Positions 41,001-52,800 of a DNA stretch of 64,000 bases are shown here, one piece after another; position 1 is the first letter of the stretch; every line of letters starts with the position of its first letter. This DNA is from Cyanophyceae cyanobacterium (GTDB taxonomy: Bacteria; Cyanobacteriota; Cyanobacteriia; Cyanobacteriales; Laspinemataceae), in contig JBBQFN010000002.1 in NCBI GenBank assembly GCA_038321985.1, forward strand, positions 352,001 through 416,000. The letters run 5' to 3'. The notes below the pieces were generated by a model. The model was not told the DNA's origin, did no database searches, and saw only the letters and a list, made by a program, of their open reading frames with translations. Both the position numbers and the translations under genes were made by a program.

Positions 41001-44000
41001 GCGCCGCGAACTCCTGTAGAAGAACTGCTGGCAGGGATTTGGGTGCAACTGTTGCAGCGCAGTCGGGTTAGCATGGATGATAACTTTTTTGAAGTGGGGG
41101 GACATTCTCTCCTCGCAACCCAACTCGTCTCCCAAATTCGGGATACATTTGGGGTAGAGTTGCCCCTGCGGAGTCTATTTGAAACCCCAACTCTCGCACA
41201 ATTAGCCGACTGTATCGCCATCTCCATTGCTGCCGGAAACAAGTTGAATTTACCGGCGATCGTCCCGGTATCCCGAACCGGCGGAGTTCCCCTGTCCTTC
41301 TCTCAGGAACGGTTATGGTTTTTGGAAGGATTGGAACCGGGCACTTATAATAGTGCTGCCACTGTGCGATTACAGGGTCAGGTGAATATTCCCGCCCTAG
41401 AACAGAGTTTTAACGAAATTGCTCGCCGCCACGACACCTTACGGACTCGGTTTGTCGAGTGCGAGGGGCGCGTCATCCAGGAAATTGTGCCAGAGGTGAG
41501 GATTCCCCTGCCGGTAATCCCCTGTGAAGAGTCCCAAGTGCAATCCCTAGCAGTTGCCTTAGCCCAACAACCCTTTGATTTAACCCAGTCTCCCCTAGTC
41601 CGCTTGACCCTGTTCCAATTACAGCCCGATGAGTTTATCCTCCTCTTCGTCATTCATCACATTGTTTCTGATGGCTGGTCAATGGGGGTGCTAATTGAGG
41701 AATTGGGGACAATCTACGATGCTGGTTGTACGGGGACTATTTCGCCCTTGCCCGCCCTGCCGGTACAATATGCCGATTTTGTCCTGTGGCAGCGCCAATG
41801 GCTGAATCAGGCCATGTTAGGGTCGCAGAGGGACTATTGGAAGCGGCAACTGGGGGGAGATTTGCCCGTATTAGACTTGCCCACGGATTACCCTCGTCCA
41901 GCGGTGCAATCCTTCCGGGGGGCGACCCAATCCCTCACTCTGTCCCCAAAACTGAGTGAGGCGCTGAAAACCCTCTCCCAGCAATCCGGTGTAACCCTCT
42001 ATATGACCCTCCTGGCAGCGTTCCAAACCTTGCTGTATCGCTATAGTGGACAAAGTGATATCCGGGTGGGAACCCCGATTGCCAACCGAAATCGTCGGGA
42101 AATTGAAGGGCTAATCGGCTGTTTTGTCAATACCCTTGTCTTACGAACCGACTTATCGGGAACCCCCAGTTTTCGGGAGTTGCTGGGGCGAGTGCGTGAG
42201 GTAGCTTTGGGTGCTTATGGTCATCAAGATTTGCCTTTTGAGCAGGTGGTGGAGGCATTACAGCCTGATCGCACCTTGAGTCATAGCCCCATTTTTCAGG
42301 TGATGTTTGTCCTTCAGAATGCACCGATGACGGGATTAGAACTGCCGGGACTACGGTTAAATCTACTGGAGTTGGACAGCCAAAAATCCCGGTTTGACCT
42401 CACCCTGGCGATCGCGCCAACCGATGAGGGATTGTTGGTAACCCTGGAATATAGTACAGATCTGTTCGAGGCAGGGACAATCTCACGGATGCTGGGACAT
42501 TTCCAAACCCTCTTAGGAAGTGCGATTGCCTATCCCGAGGCAAGGATATCGGAAATGCCGATGTTGACGAAAAGTGAGCAGTCACAACTCTTGCATCAGT
42601 GGAATGATACGGCAGTCGCTTATCCAGAAACTGCCTGTATTCATGAGCTAATTGAGGCGCAGGTTGCCAAAACTCCGGATGCAGTGGCGGCAGTTTTTGA
42701 GGGGGAACCTCTCACTTATCAGGAGTTGAATGATCGCGCCAGTCACTTAGCCCAATATTTGCAATCAATAGGGGTACAATCCAATCAGGCAGTGGCGCTT
42801 TACGTCGATCGCTCGTTGGAGATGCTGGTGGGACTGTTGGGGATTCTCAAATCCGGGGCTGCCTATCTTCCTCTGGACCCTGCACTTCCGGGCGATCGGC
42901 TTCAATATATGCTTGAAGATTCCCAAGCGGGGGTGATTCTCACTCAGCAGCATTTGATTTCAACGTTACCTAGTCATCAGGCGCAGGTAGTTTGGGTGGA
43001 TGCAATCAACCCGCCCCCTGGAAGGGTGAGTCTATACAAACAAAGTTCCCCTACGCGCGCTGAGGATTTGGCGTATATTATTTATACGTCGGGTTCCACG
43101 GGGCGACCGAAAGGGGTGCAATTGCGCCATCGCAGTGTGGTGAATTTCCTCACTTCTATGCAGCGGGAACCGGGTTTAACCTGTGGCGATCGCCTGTTGG
43201 CGGTGACGACTCTGATTTTTGATATTGCCGCATTAGAACTGTTTCTCCCCCTCACTGTGGGCGCTTGCGTGATTATTGCTAGTCGCGAAGTTGCCACCGA
43301 CGGGCAGCAATTAGCCTCACTGCTGGAAGCGGAACAGGTAACCGTCATGCAGGCAACGCCGTCTACTTGGCGGATGTTAATCGAAAGCGGATGGCAGGGT
43401 CGCCCTCAGCTTAAAATCCTCTGTGGTGGGGAAGCCCTGCCGCGACTGCTGGCGAATGAGTTGTGCAATCGGGCGGGTTCCGTCTGGAATTTATACGGAC
43501 CCACGGAAACTACCATTTGGTCTACTCTGTATCCGGTAACTCCTAGTGAGGGGACTGTTTCCATCGGACGGGCGATCGCTAATACCCACGTTTACCTATT
43601 GGATCAGGCATTGCAGCCCGTTCCCGTGGGAGTTTTGGGGGATTTATATATTGGAGGCGCTGGATTGGCAGCCGGATATCTACATCAGCCGGAATTAACT
43701 GGTGAGAAATTTATCCCGAGTCCTTTTGCCGACAATCCCGAGGTAAAACTGTATAAAACCGGGGATGTGGCGCGGTATCGTCCGAATGGTACTTTGGAGT
43801 ATATTGGACGGGTTGATAATCAACTCAAAATTCGCGGATTCCGGATTGAACTGGGTGAAATAGAATCGGTATTGGCAAAGAGTCCCCAGGTACGCCAAGG
43901 GGTCGTGATTGCCCGAGAGGATATCCCGGGAGATACGCGGTTAGTTGCTTATGTCGTATTACATCCCCAAGCAGAACCGAACAGTTCCCAATGGCGACAG

Positions 44001-46826
44001 ATTCTCAAGCAGCAATTGCCCGATTACATGATTCCCACTGCTTTTGTCGTCTTAGACAGCCTGCCGTTAACCCCCAATGGCAAAATCGATCGCAAAGCCC
44101 TTCCTGCATCCGATCGCCAAGGAGAAGAGGCTCACATTGCCCCTGAAACTGCCATAGAACAACAGTTAACCGAGATTTGGGCACAGGTTTTGGGGTTAGC
44201 ACAAGTCGGGGTTGAGGAGAATTTCTTCGATTTGGGGGGTCATTCCTTACTGGCAACTCAACTCATCTCCCGGATTCGTCATACATTCCAGGTGGAGTTT
44301 CCCCTGCGGAGTCTGTTTGAATCGCCCACCCCGAGAGAGTTTGCGGCGCGTATTCCAGGCGCAACCGTAGCCGCCAGCTTACCCCTAGTCCCCGTATCTC
44401 GGGACCAAAATCTACCCCTATCCTTTGCCCAGCAACGCTTATGGTTCCTGGAACAATTAGAACCAGGAACGGCTACCTATAATATACCGGCAGTCCTCCG
44501 GCTAACGGGGAATGTGGATGTAGCCGCATTGGAGGCGAGTCTCAATACGGTCATTGAACGCCATGAAGCCCTGCGGACAAGCTTTGCAGCCATTGACGGG
44601 CAACCCATCCAAGCGGTTACACCAGAATTGCGAGTAAACATCGTGACAGTGGATTTGTCTGACGTTACCCCGGAAGACTGGGAAGCGCAGGGGCTGAAAA
44701 TCGCTGTGGCAGAATCGCTCAAACCCTTTGATTTAGAACAACTTCCGCTATTGCGGGTCACCCTGATCCAACGGAATGAGGGCGATCGCCTGTTGGTTGT
44801 TGTCTTGCACCATATTATTGCTGATGGCTGGTCGATGGGAGTGTTCATTCGAGAAATTGCTACCCTGTATCACGCTTTTTCTACCGGAAAATCCGTAGCA
44901 CTTCCAGAATTGCCTATCCAGTATGCTGACTTTGCGGTATGGCAGCGTCATGTCTTACAAGGGGAGATGTTAGAGAAGAAGCTGGCATACTGGAAGCAGC
45001 AGCTAGGGGGAACTCTCCCAGTCCTCAACCTGCCCGGTTCTCGTCCTAGACTGCCCATCAGCAGCCGACGCGGGGCCCTTTATACCTTCCAAATTCCCCC
45101 AGATGTGGCCCGTGAGGTGCAGGTACTCAGTCATCAAGAAAATGTGACTCTGTTTATGACACTGTTGGCAGGATTCCAGACCCTCCTCTACCGCTATACT
45201 CAATGTGATGATGTAGTGGTAGGGACGGACCTCGCCAACCGCAGTCCCCTGGAAACCGAGGGGTTAATCGGATTTTTCGTCAATCTCCTCGTCTTACGGA
45301 CGAATTTATCGGGAAATCCGTCATTTCGGGAACTGTTAGCCCGAGTGAGACAAGTCACCTTAGATGCTTACGCCCATCAGGATGTTCCCTTTGAGAAATT
45401 GGTAGAAACCTTGCGTCCCGATCGCCAGTCTACTGCCAATCCCTTATTCCAAGTGCTGTTTGTCTTACAAAATGCCCCCATGCCGCCCTTAGAATTGCCC
45501 GGGTTAACCCTCAGTCCCGTGGCAGTGGATACCGGCGTCGCCCGCTTTGATATCGCCCTATTCTTAACGGAAACAGAATCAGGAATTACGGGAAAATGGC
45601 AGTACAACGCTGACCAATTTGAGGCGGAGGCGATCGTCAAGTTTTCTCATCATTTTGTTACCTTACTCAACAGTATTTCTAATCAACCCGATAGTCATTT
45701 GAATTCTCTTGACTTCATCCCGGAATCTGAACGAGAACAACAAGCTATGCAAAAACAAGCGCGGAAATCCCTGAAATTAAAAACCTTTAAAGCGGTACAA
45801 GCGCAAACCGTTGATTTATCCCCAGAACGATTAATTAACACCGAGTATTTAACCCCCGGGGAAACCTTTCCTCTAGTCATTACTCCCCGGGTTCCTGAAC
45901 TGGATGCAGTGGAATGGGCGATTCATAACCACGAGTTTATCCAAACGCAGTTGCAGCGGCATGGTGGCATTTTATTCCGCAATTTCGGCTTGCAGACTCC
46001 GGAAGATTTTGAACAATTCGCCCAAGGAATTTGTCCCCTATTGTTTGGGGATTATGGGGATTTGCCTCGGGAAGGAATCAGTAGTAAAGTTTACGGTTCC
46101 ACTCCCTATCCCGCAGATAAGGCTATCCTCTTTCATAATGAAAGTTCTCATCTCCATTGTTGGCCCTTAAAAATCTGGTTTTTCTGCGCTCAACCAGCCC
46201 AAGAAGGGGGCGAGACTCCGATTGTGGATTGTCGGAAACTCTATCAACGTCTCCATCCTAAAATCCGGGAAAAATTAGCTCAAAAACAGCTTATGTATGT
46301 CCGCACTTTTACGGAAGGATTAGATGTCAGTTGGCAAGAATTTTTCCATACCACCGATCGCACTGTAGTTGAGAAGTATTGCAATCAGGCGGGAATTCGC
46401 TGCCAATGGTTGCCGGATAATGGATTAAGAACGGAAAAAATTCAACCGGCGATCGCCAAGCATCCGCAGACGAGAGAATGGGTATTTTTCAATCAAATCC
46501 TGTTACATCATATTGGCTGTTTGGATGCTTCTGTGCGTGAATCATTACTTTGTTTGTTTGGGGAAAATAAATTACCCCGCAATGTGTATTATGGAGATGG
46601 TTCGGTCATTGAAGATGAAACAATTTCTGAAATTGCCACCCTTTATCAAGACTTAGCTGTAACATTTTCCTGGAAAAAAGGAGATGTGGTAATGTTAGAT
46701 AATATGCTGGCTGCTCATAGCCGTAATCCCTTCGTCGGACCCCGTAAAATTGTCGTGGCAATGGGGGAAATGGTGCAGCGAGCAGATATTCAATTCCCAA
46801 CTCTGGAGGAAGCTCATGCACAGTAA
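38082..46826 (+). CDS. NRPS: interface(I)-A(unusual)-T-C-A(Gly)-T-C-TauD
   Basis: First C-like domain has LPALCAD in place of HHxxxDG. Hand-read codes: A1 SSRDVAMGIK, A2 DILQLGLIWK (Gly). Two GGHSL T domains; C motifs HHIVSDG and HHIIADG; C-terminal HNESSH...AAHSR hydroxylase. ATG 38082 after GGAG. Confidence 0.92.
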   Translation: MINEIEGFRLSPQQKHLWQLQQLDNFAYFCQGTVNIAGKCDSGILKTAIATVIQRHEILRTTFPCLPGMTLPVQVMTTGEFQWHDPLDLSHCLPEDRDSKLAAYSQEIAQQPFNWERGPLFHAAWVSLGVEESILIIRLPALCADSQSLENLGSEIATAYRAICQGETLSDDPLQYADLAEWQNQLLESPETEIGADYWRQLEVSGLGTMKLPGEIEGNVSKFQPQDYTVKLSGELTEKIAQIANNYEVESQTVLLAAWLGLIQRLTGQETFTLGVSGEGRKYAELSTVIGAFAKFLPLNYSGGEAQTFTEILRVVHQAVAEGEKWQEYFTWETLSGLPPETLPFFPLAFEGRKKAQTYGDSQLSFTGDRTRWVGSRFKLKLSVQPDEQGLILVFDYDTHAFERETIQRFSNHLICLLESMVATPEKPLSQLNLLTEAERHQLLVQFNATPRDYNNPGRIHQLIEERAAATPDKTALIFNQQTLTYGELNACANQLAHYLQQLGVNSQDLVGLYFERSLEMVIGILGILKAGAAYVPLDPAYPKERLGFMLANAQPSVIVTQAHLTAELSEIPAKIVCLDGDRDAIAAQSLENATTRVGEMAYLIYTSGSTGKPKGVKISHRNLCHYVQAMGHALGIQGDDIYLHTASIAFSSSVRQLIVPLAAGATVNIATSQQRQDPLALFQEVKDRNVTVIDIVPSFWRNSTYALSRLEAPARLHLLANHLRLIVSASEPLRSDLPTIWRQEFQHPAQFINMFGQTETCGIVATYPIPDTLGEGIQIVPLGRAVANTQLYILDEYQQPVPIGVTGELYVGGWGVGQGYLDRPELTAEKFIPDPYNPDSNARLYKTGDLTRYLTDGTIEFVGRRDYQVKIRGFRIELGEIESVLSEHSAVRDAVVVAREEAGEKRLVAYVTSDRPGELGRELRQFASQRLPDYMIPSTFAVLDSFPLTPNGKVNRQALPTLEELQGQSEATAPRTPVEELLAGIWVQLLQRSRVSMDDNFFEVGGHSLLATQLVSQIRDTFGVELPLRSLFETPTLAQLADCIAISIAAGNKLNLPAIVPVSRTGGVPLSFSQERLWFLEGLEPGTYNSAATVRLQGQVNIPALEQSFNEIARRHDTLRTRFVECEGRVIQEIVPEVRIPLPVIPCEESQVQSLAVALAQQPFDLTQSPLVRLTLFQLQPDEFILLFVIHHIVSDGWSMGVLIEELGTIYDAGCTGTISPLPALPVQYADFVLWQRQWLNQAMLGSQRDYWKRQLGGDLPVLDLPTDYPRPAVQSFRGATQSLTLSPKLSEALKTLSQQSGVTLYMTLLAAFQTLLYRYSGQSDIRVGTPIANRNRREIEGLIGCFVNTLVLRTDLSGTPSFRELLGRVREVALGAYGHQDLPFEQVVEALQPDRTLSHSPIFQVMFVLQNAPMTGLELPGLRLNLLELDSQKSRFDLTLAIAPTDEGLLVTLEYSTDLFEAGTISRMLGHFQTLLGSAIAYPEARISEMPMLTKSEQSQLLHQWNDTAVAYPETACIHELIEAQVAKTPDAVAAVFEGEPLTYQELNDRASHLAQYLQSIGVQSNQAVALYVDRSLEMLVGLLGILKSGAAYLPLDPALPGDRLQYMLEDSQAGVILTQQHLISTLPSHQAQVVWVDAINPPPGRVSLYKQSSPTRAEDLAYIIYTSGSTGRPKGVQLRHRSVVNFLTSMQREPGLTCGDRLLAVTTLIFDIAALELFLPLTVGACVIIASREVATDGQQLASLLEAEQVTVMQATPSTWRMLIESGWQGRPQLKILCGGEALPRLLANELCNRAGSVWNLYGPTETTIWSTLYPVTPSEGTVSIGRAIANTHVYLLDQALQPVPVGVLGDLYIGGAGLAAGYLHQPELTGEKFIPSPFADNPEVKLYKTGDVARYRPNGTLEYIGRVDNQLKIRGFRIELGEIESVLAKSPQVRQGVVIAREDIPGDTRLVAYVVLHPQAEPNSSQWRQILKQQLPDYMIPTAFVVLDSLPLTPNGKIDRKALPASDRQGEEAHIAPETAIEQQLTEIWAQVLGLAQVGVEENFFDLGGHSLLATQLISRIRHTFQVEFPLRSLFESPTPREFAARIPGATVAASLPLVPVSRDQNLPLSFAQQRLWFLEQLEPGTATYNIPAVLRLTGNVDVAALEASLNTVIERHEALRTSFAAIDGQPIQAVTPELRVNIVTVDLSDVTPEDWEAQGLKIAVAESLKPFDLEQLPLLRVTLIQRNEGDRLLVVVLHHIIADGWSMGVFIREIATLYHAFSTGKSVALPELPIQYADFAVWQRHVLQGEMLEKKLAYWKQQLGGTLPVLNLPGSRPRLPISSRRGALYTFQIPPDVAREVQVLSHQENVTLFMTLLAGFQTLLYRYTQCDDVVVGTDLANRSPLETEGLIGFFVNLLVLRTNLSGNPSFRELLARVRQVTLDAYAHQDVPFEKLVETLRPDRQSTANPLFQVLFVLQNAPMPPLELPGLTLSPVAVDTGVARFDIALFLTETESGITGKWQYNADQFEAEAIVKFSHHFVTLLNSISNQPDSHLNSLDFIPESEREQQAMQKQARKSLKLKTFKAVQAQTVDLSPERLINTEYLTPGETFPLVITPRVPELDAVEWAIHNHEFIQTQLQRHGGILFRNFGLQTPEDFEQFAQGICPLLFGDYGDLPREGISSKVYGSTPYPADKAILFHNESSHLHCWPLKIWFFCAQPAQEGGETPIVDCRKLYQRLHPKIREKLAQKQLMYVRTFTEGLDVSWQEFFHTTDRTVVEKYCNQAGIRCQWLPDNGLRTEKIQPAIAKHPQTREWVFFNQILLHHIGCLDASVRESLLCLFGENKLPRNVYYGDGSVIEDETISEIATLYQDLAVTFSWKKGDVVMLDNMLAAHSRNPFVGPRKIVVAMGEMVQRADIQFPTLEEAHAQ

Positions 46827-49800
46827 TCATCAAGCCGGATTTCGGCTTTCCCCCCAGCAAAAACGCCTGTGGTCCTATCAGTCTGGAAATCCGGCTTACC
46901 GCGCTCAATGTAGCGTTCTCATCGCCGGACAGTTCAACCTGGAACGCTTACACTCCGCCATCCAAACTGTGGTGAATCGCCACGATATTTTGCGGACTCA
47001 ATTTCGCCGCATTCCGGGGATGAAAACTCCGATAATGGTGGTTGACAATCAAATGGGGTTTCATTGGCAAACCCTTAACTTAAGCGCGGTTTCATCCGAG
47101 GATGCCCAAGCCAAAATTCAGGCTATTTTTACGGCAGAACAATCTCTTCCATTTGACAGAGACAAGGGTTCTCCCCTGCGAGTCTGTGCTATCACCCTTG
47201 CAGCAGATCAACTGCTGTTAATGGTTAGTATATCGGCTTTATCTGGGGATAATGGAACCCTGAGAAATTGGGTCAAAGAACTCAGTCTTGCCTATTCCGA
47301 TAAATTGGATACCTCCCCCGATGAAGAGGGGGTGCAATATGTTCAATTCTCGGAATGGCAGCATGAATTATTAGGGGATGCAGGGGACGCGGAATCGGGT
47401 ATAGCCTATTGGCAACAGCAAGATTTTTCTGCCTTAGAACGGATGAAGCTGCCGTTACAAATCTTCCCACCAATTGAGAAACCTTTTACCCCGAAAAGTT
47501 ACCCCTGGATGATGGACTCTCAAGGGGTAACTCAACTTCAAACCTTAGCGCAACAGTGGGAAATTTCTCCTGCCGTCTTATTGCTGACTTGTTGGCAGAT
47601 TCTCCTCCATCGACTCACTGGAGAATCAGAGATTATTGTTGGGACGATTTATAATATTCGTGATGACTATGAGGAATTAAAATCCGTCTGCGGATTGTTG
47701 AGCCATGGCCTGCCTGTTCGTCTCAATTTTACATCAGAATTGCCCCTACAAACAGCAGTAGATTTAACCGCGACATCCTTATCTGAATCGGTGGAGTGGC
47801 AAGACTATATCCATAGCGAATTTTTGGAATCTAAAGGGTTATTATTCCCCATTGGATTTGAGTTTATCAGCCTCCAGGAACCCGACTCAGTAGATGGAGT
47901 TTCTTTTTCTATCACCCAGCAGTTTACCCACAGTGAGCCATTTCAAGTTAAATTAACTGTTAGAGAATGTCCTGATGGATTACAGTTTGAATTAAGTTAC
48001 GATAAAAATTACGTTTCAGCCGATTATATCCAGCAGTTATCCGAACAATTTCAAACCCTTTTAACTCAGGCGATCGCCCATCCCAATCAAAACATTTCTC
48101 AGTTACCGATTCTCCCGGAACAACAGCGACAATTTCTCCTGCAACTGAATCAAACTGATAAGAGTTACCCCATCCAAGGGGGGATTCATCAATTATTTGA
48201 GGCAGCAGTTAACCACAGTCCGGATGCGATCGCCTTAGTCTTTGAAGAAACCCAACTCACTTATCGCCAATTAAACGAACAAAGCAATCAACTGGCACAT
48301 TCTCTCAAAAAATTGGGGGTAGGTCCCGATGCCGTGGTTGGGATCTTGACCCATCGTTCTCACCTGCCTCTCGTCGCCATGTTGGGGATTCTCAAAGCAG
48401 GAGGCGCATATCTGCCCTTAGATGCCGAATTACCATCAGAAGCTCTATCCCTGCGCTTGCAGGACGTTCAGCCGGTAGCTGTAGTGACAGAACAAAGCCT
48501 ATCCCATCGCTTGGACTGTCCCTTTGTCTGTCTAGATGGAGAAACCCTGGGGGGAGAAAGTATCGAAAATTTAGCCCCAAGTGCGACAGAGAACAACTTA
48601 GCCTATATTCTATTTACCTCCGGTTCCACGGGACAACCGAAAGCGGTAGCGATCGCCCATCGGCAAATCCTCAATTACTGCTATGCTATTCAGGAACGGC
48701 TAAATTTAACCACTCCCGCAAGTTTTGCCTTAGTCTCTACCTTGTCCGCAGACTTAGGAAATACAGCAATTTTTCCGGCCTTATGTACCGGCGGCACTTT
48801 GCATATTATGTCTAAAGTGCGGTCCTCGGACCCTGATGCATTAGCCGCATATTTCCGGCAGCATCCCATCGACTGCCTGAAAATTGTCCCCAGTCATCTG
48901 ATGGCCCTGTTAGGCGGCGATCGCCCCGGTGATATTCTGCCTCGGCAATGTTTGGTCCTCGGAGGGGAAACCGCAACTTGGGAGGCAGTCGCCACCATCC
49001 GCAAATCGGCCCCCCATTGCCGGATTTTCAACCATTACGGACCCACAGAAACCACGGTAGGGGTCCTGACTTATGAAGTGCCGCAAAACCGTCCTGCCTA
49101 CGCGAAAACGGTCCCCCTGGGGAGCGCGATTGCCAATACCCAAATTTATATCCTGGACCGTCATCAGCAACCTGTCCCCATTGGCGTCACCGGGGAATTG
49201 TATATTGGAGGTGCAGGAGTGGCGCGGGGTTACCTCAACCGTCCCGAACTCACTCAGGATAAATTTATCCCGAATCCCTTCCACACTTCCCAAGAGACTC
49301 ACCTCTACAAAACCGGCGATCGCGCCCGCTATCTCCCCGATGGGACGATTGAATTTCTGGGACGGGTTGATGAACAGGTGAAAATTCGCGGGTTCCGCAT
49401 TGAATTAGGGGAAATTGAAACAGTTCTCACTCAGCATCCCACAGTCCGCGAGGCAGTGGTCACTTTGCGAGAAGACGAACCGGGAAACCCCCGCTTAGTT
49501 GCATACTTAGTTCCCTTTGGAAAGCTGGAGACTGTGGCAATTCGGGAATTTTTGGCCCAACGATTGCCCGAGTATATGATACCCGGGATGTTTGTTACCC
49601 TAGAACGCTTGTCTCTCACAAATAACGGTAAATGCGATCGCCGTGCCCTGCCTGCCCCAGATACTCAGTTGGCAACCGTAGAGTATATTGCCCCCCGCAC
49701 CCCTGTGGAAGCGGCGATCGCCGGTATTTGGTCGGAACTGTTACATTGTCCGAATATCAGCATCCATGATGACTTTTTTGCCCTCGGAGGTCATTCACTC

Positions 49801-52800
49801 CTGGCAACCCAGGCAATATCCCGATTACGGGCCACATTCCAGGTAGAATTACCCCTGAAAACCCTATTTGAAGCCAGCACTCTCGCCACTCTCGCCAAAT
49901 GTATCGAACGGGCAATCCAAGCGGAACTCGGCTTAGAAATCCCGGCAATTGTTCCCATGTCTCGGGGGGAAACTGCGCCGCTATCCTTTGCCCAACAACG
50001 ACTCTGGTTTTTGGACCGCCTAGACCCCGGCAGTCCGTCATACAACCTCCCTCGCGCCGTTCGGATTACCGGAAAACTGAATCCCACTGCCTTAGAACAT
50101 TGCTTCACGGAAATTGTGCGCCGTCACGAAATCCTGAGAACTCAATTTGTCTCGCTTAACCGAAATCCGCTACAGCAGATTATACCCGCTACTCCCTTTA
50201 ACCTCCCGGTTATCGACCTGCAAGGCTTATCCCCGGAGGATTCTGAGGCGCAAGTGCGACGTATTACGGAAGCCGAAGCCCGCCAAGGCTTTAATTTGGA
50301 GAGCGATCGCCTCCTGCGTGGTCAACTGTTACAATTGGGTGCAACCGAATGGGTATTGCTGTTTACCCTGCATCACATTGTCTCCGATGGTTGGTCTACC
50401 GGGGTGCTGATTCGTGAACTCGCCGCCCTGTATCCAGAATTTTCTGAAGGTAAGCCCTCTCCTCTCCCGGAACTTCCCATCCAGTATGCGGATTTTGCCC
50501 TCTGGCAACAAAATTGGTTACAAGGTGCGATTCTTGAAACCCAGTTAGGGTATTGGAAAGAGCAACTCGGAGGCAGTCTGCCGGTGTTGGAGTTGCCCAC
50601 TGATAAACCGCGTCCCCCGGTACAAACCTTCCGAGGAAACAACGTATCTCTCACCCTCCCCCCTGCTTTGAGTGAGTCACTCAAGCAGCTATCGGGGCAG
50701 CAAGGGGTCACTCTATATATGACCCTATTGGCCGCCTTCAAAACCCTGCTGTATCGCTATTCTGGACAAGCAGATATTCTGGTCGGTTCTCCCATTGCCA
50801 ACCGCAACCACGGGGAAATAGAACAGTCCATCGGCTTCTTTGTCAATACCCTGGTCTTACGAACGGATCTGTCAGACAATCCGAGTTTCTGCCAACTGAT
50901 AAACAGAGTGCGAAAGGTGACTTTAGGTGCTTATGCACACCAAGACTTACCCTTTGAGAAACTGGTAGAAGCCTTACAGCCTGAGCGTGATTTGAGCCGT
51001 CACCCCCTGTTCCAAGTGATGTTTATCTTCCAGAATGCCCCCGTCACTCCCCTGGAATTACCGGGTTTGACCCTGGAACCGTTAGAACATGAAAATGGTA
51101 CGGCGAAATACGACTTGAGTTTATATGTGCGAGAAACCGACGCCGGACTAGAAGCTACCTGGGAATACAACACCGACTTGTTTGAACCCGCCACCATTCA
51201 ACGGATGCAGGGACATTGGCAAACCTTACTAGAGGCCATCGCAACGGCCCCAGAAACTCCGATTTCTCACCTGCCTTTGTTGACTCCCACCGAGGAACAA
51301 CAGTTACTCATCCAGGGCAATCAAACCCAGGCGGATTATCCCCAAACTGCCTGCTTGCATCACTTGTTCGAGGCCCAAGCGCAACGGACTCCGGATGCGG
51401 TGGCGGTAGAGTTTGCGGGGGACCGTCTAACCTACCGGCAACTTAATATAAAAGCCAATCAGTTAGCACATTACCTACAGGAATGGGGAGTGCAACCGAA
51501 TCAATTAGTCGGACTCTACATTGAGCGATCGCTCGATATGGCGATCGCCCTCTTAGGCATTCTCAAAGCTGGCGCGGCTTACCTCCCCCTCGACCCGGCT
51601 TATCCCTCTGAACGATTACAATTTACTCTAGCTGATGCGGGAGTGTCTGTCTTACTCACTCACCAGCACTTAGTCCCTAAATTACCCACTGACCAGGCGC
51701 GGGTGTTCTGCTTAGATACAGATTGGCGGACCATTGCCCCATCTAGTCCAAAAAATCCCCGCAGCCCAGTCCAGGCCGAGAATTTGGCCTATATTATCTA
51801 TACTTCTGGGTCTACAGGTAAACCCAAGGGGGTAGAAATTTCTCATCGGGCCTTAGTCAATTTTCTCACTTCTATGCAGCGACAACCGGGACTAACGAGT
51901 GAGGATATCCTATTATCCGTCACGACCCTATCTTTTGATATTGCTGCCCTAGAACTGTTCCTGCCCCTCATCGTTGGCGCTAAACTGCTTCTAGTGAGTC
52001 GAGAGGTGGCAACGGATGGAGTTCGGCTGGCACAAACCCTCAACGCTTCTGGCACAACTGTGATGCAGGCCACTCCTGCCACTTGGCGGCTGCTACTCGC
52101 TGCTGGGTGGGAAGGCAGCAGCAGCCTGAAAATCTTCTGTGGGGGAGAAGCCCTGGATAGCACCTTAGCCCAACAGTTGCAGGAACGTTGTGCTGAATTG
52201 TGGAATATGTACGGTCCCACGGAAACAACCATTTGGTCTCTCGTCTATCGGGTAGAAAAGTTCCGGGGGATGGTTCCGATTGGACGGGCGATCGCCAATA
52301 CTCAGGTTTACGTCCTGGATAGCCACTTGCAACCCGTTCCCCTCGGTGTTCCAGGAGAATTGTATATTGGGGGAGATGGGTTAGCCCGGGGGTATCTGAA
52401 CCGTCCGGAACTGACCCAGGAAAAGTTTATTTCCAATCCTTATCAACCGGGTTCTCGCCTTTATAAAACCGGGGATCTAGTGCGATATTTGGCCGATGGC
52501 AATTTGGAATTTATCGCCCGAATTGATAACCAGGTCAAACTTAGAGGCTATCGCATCGAGTTAGGGGAAATTGAAGCAGTCCTCGCACAACATCCTCAAG
52601 TGCAGCAATCTGTGGTGGTTTTGCGGGAGACACGACTGATTGCCTATTGGGTGAAAGCCGCCACTGAACTAATTTTGCCCGATTTAAAAGGGTTTCTAAA
52701 AACCAAATTACCGGCCTACATGGTGCCTGCTGTCTTTGTCGAGTTAGAGACCCTGCCTCTCACGCCCAACGGCAAAATTGACCGCAAATCACTGCCAGTA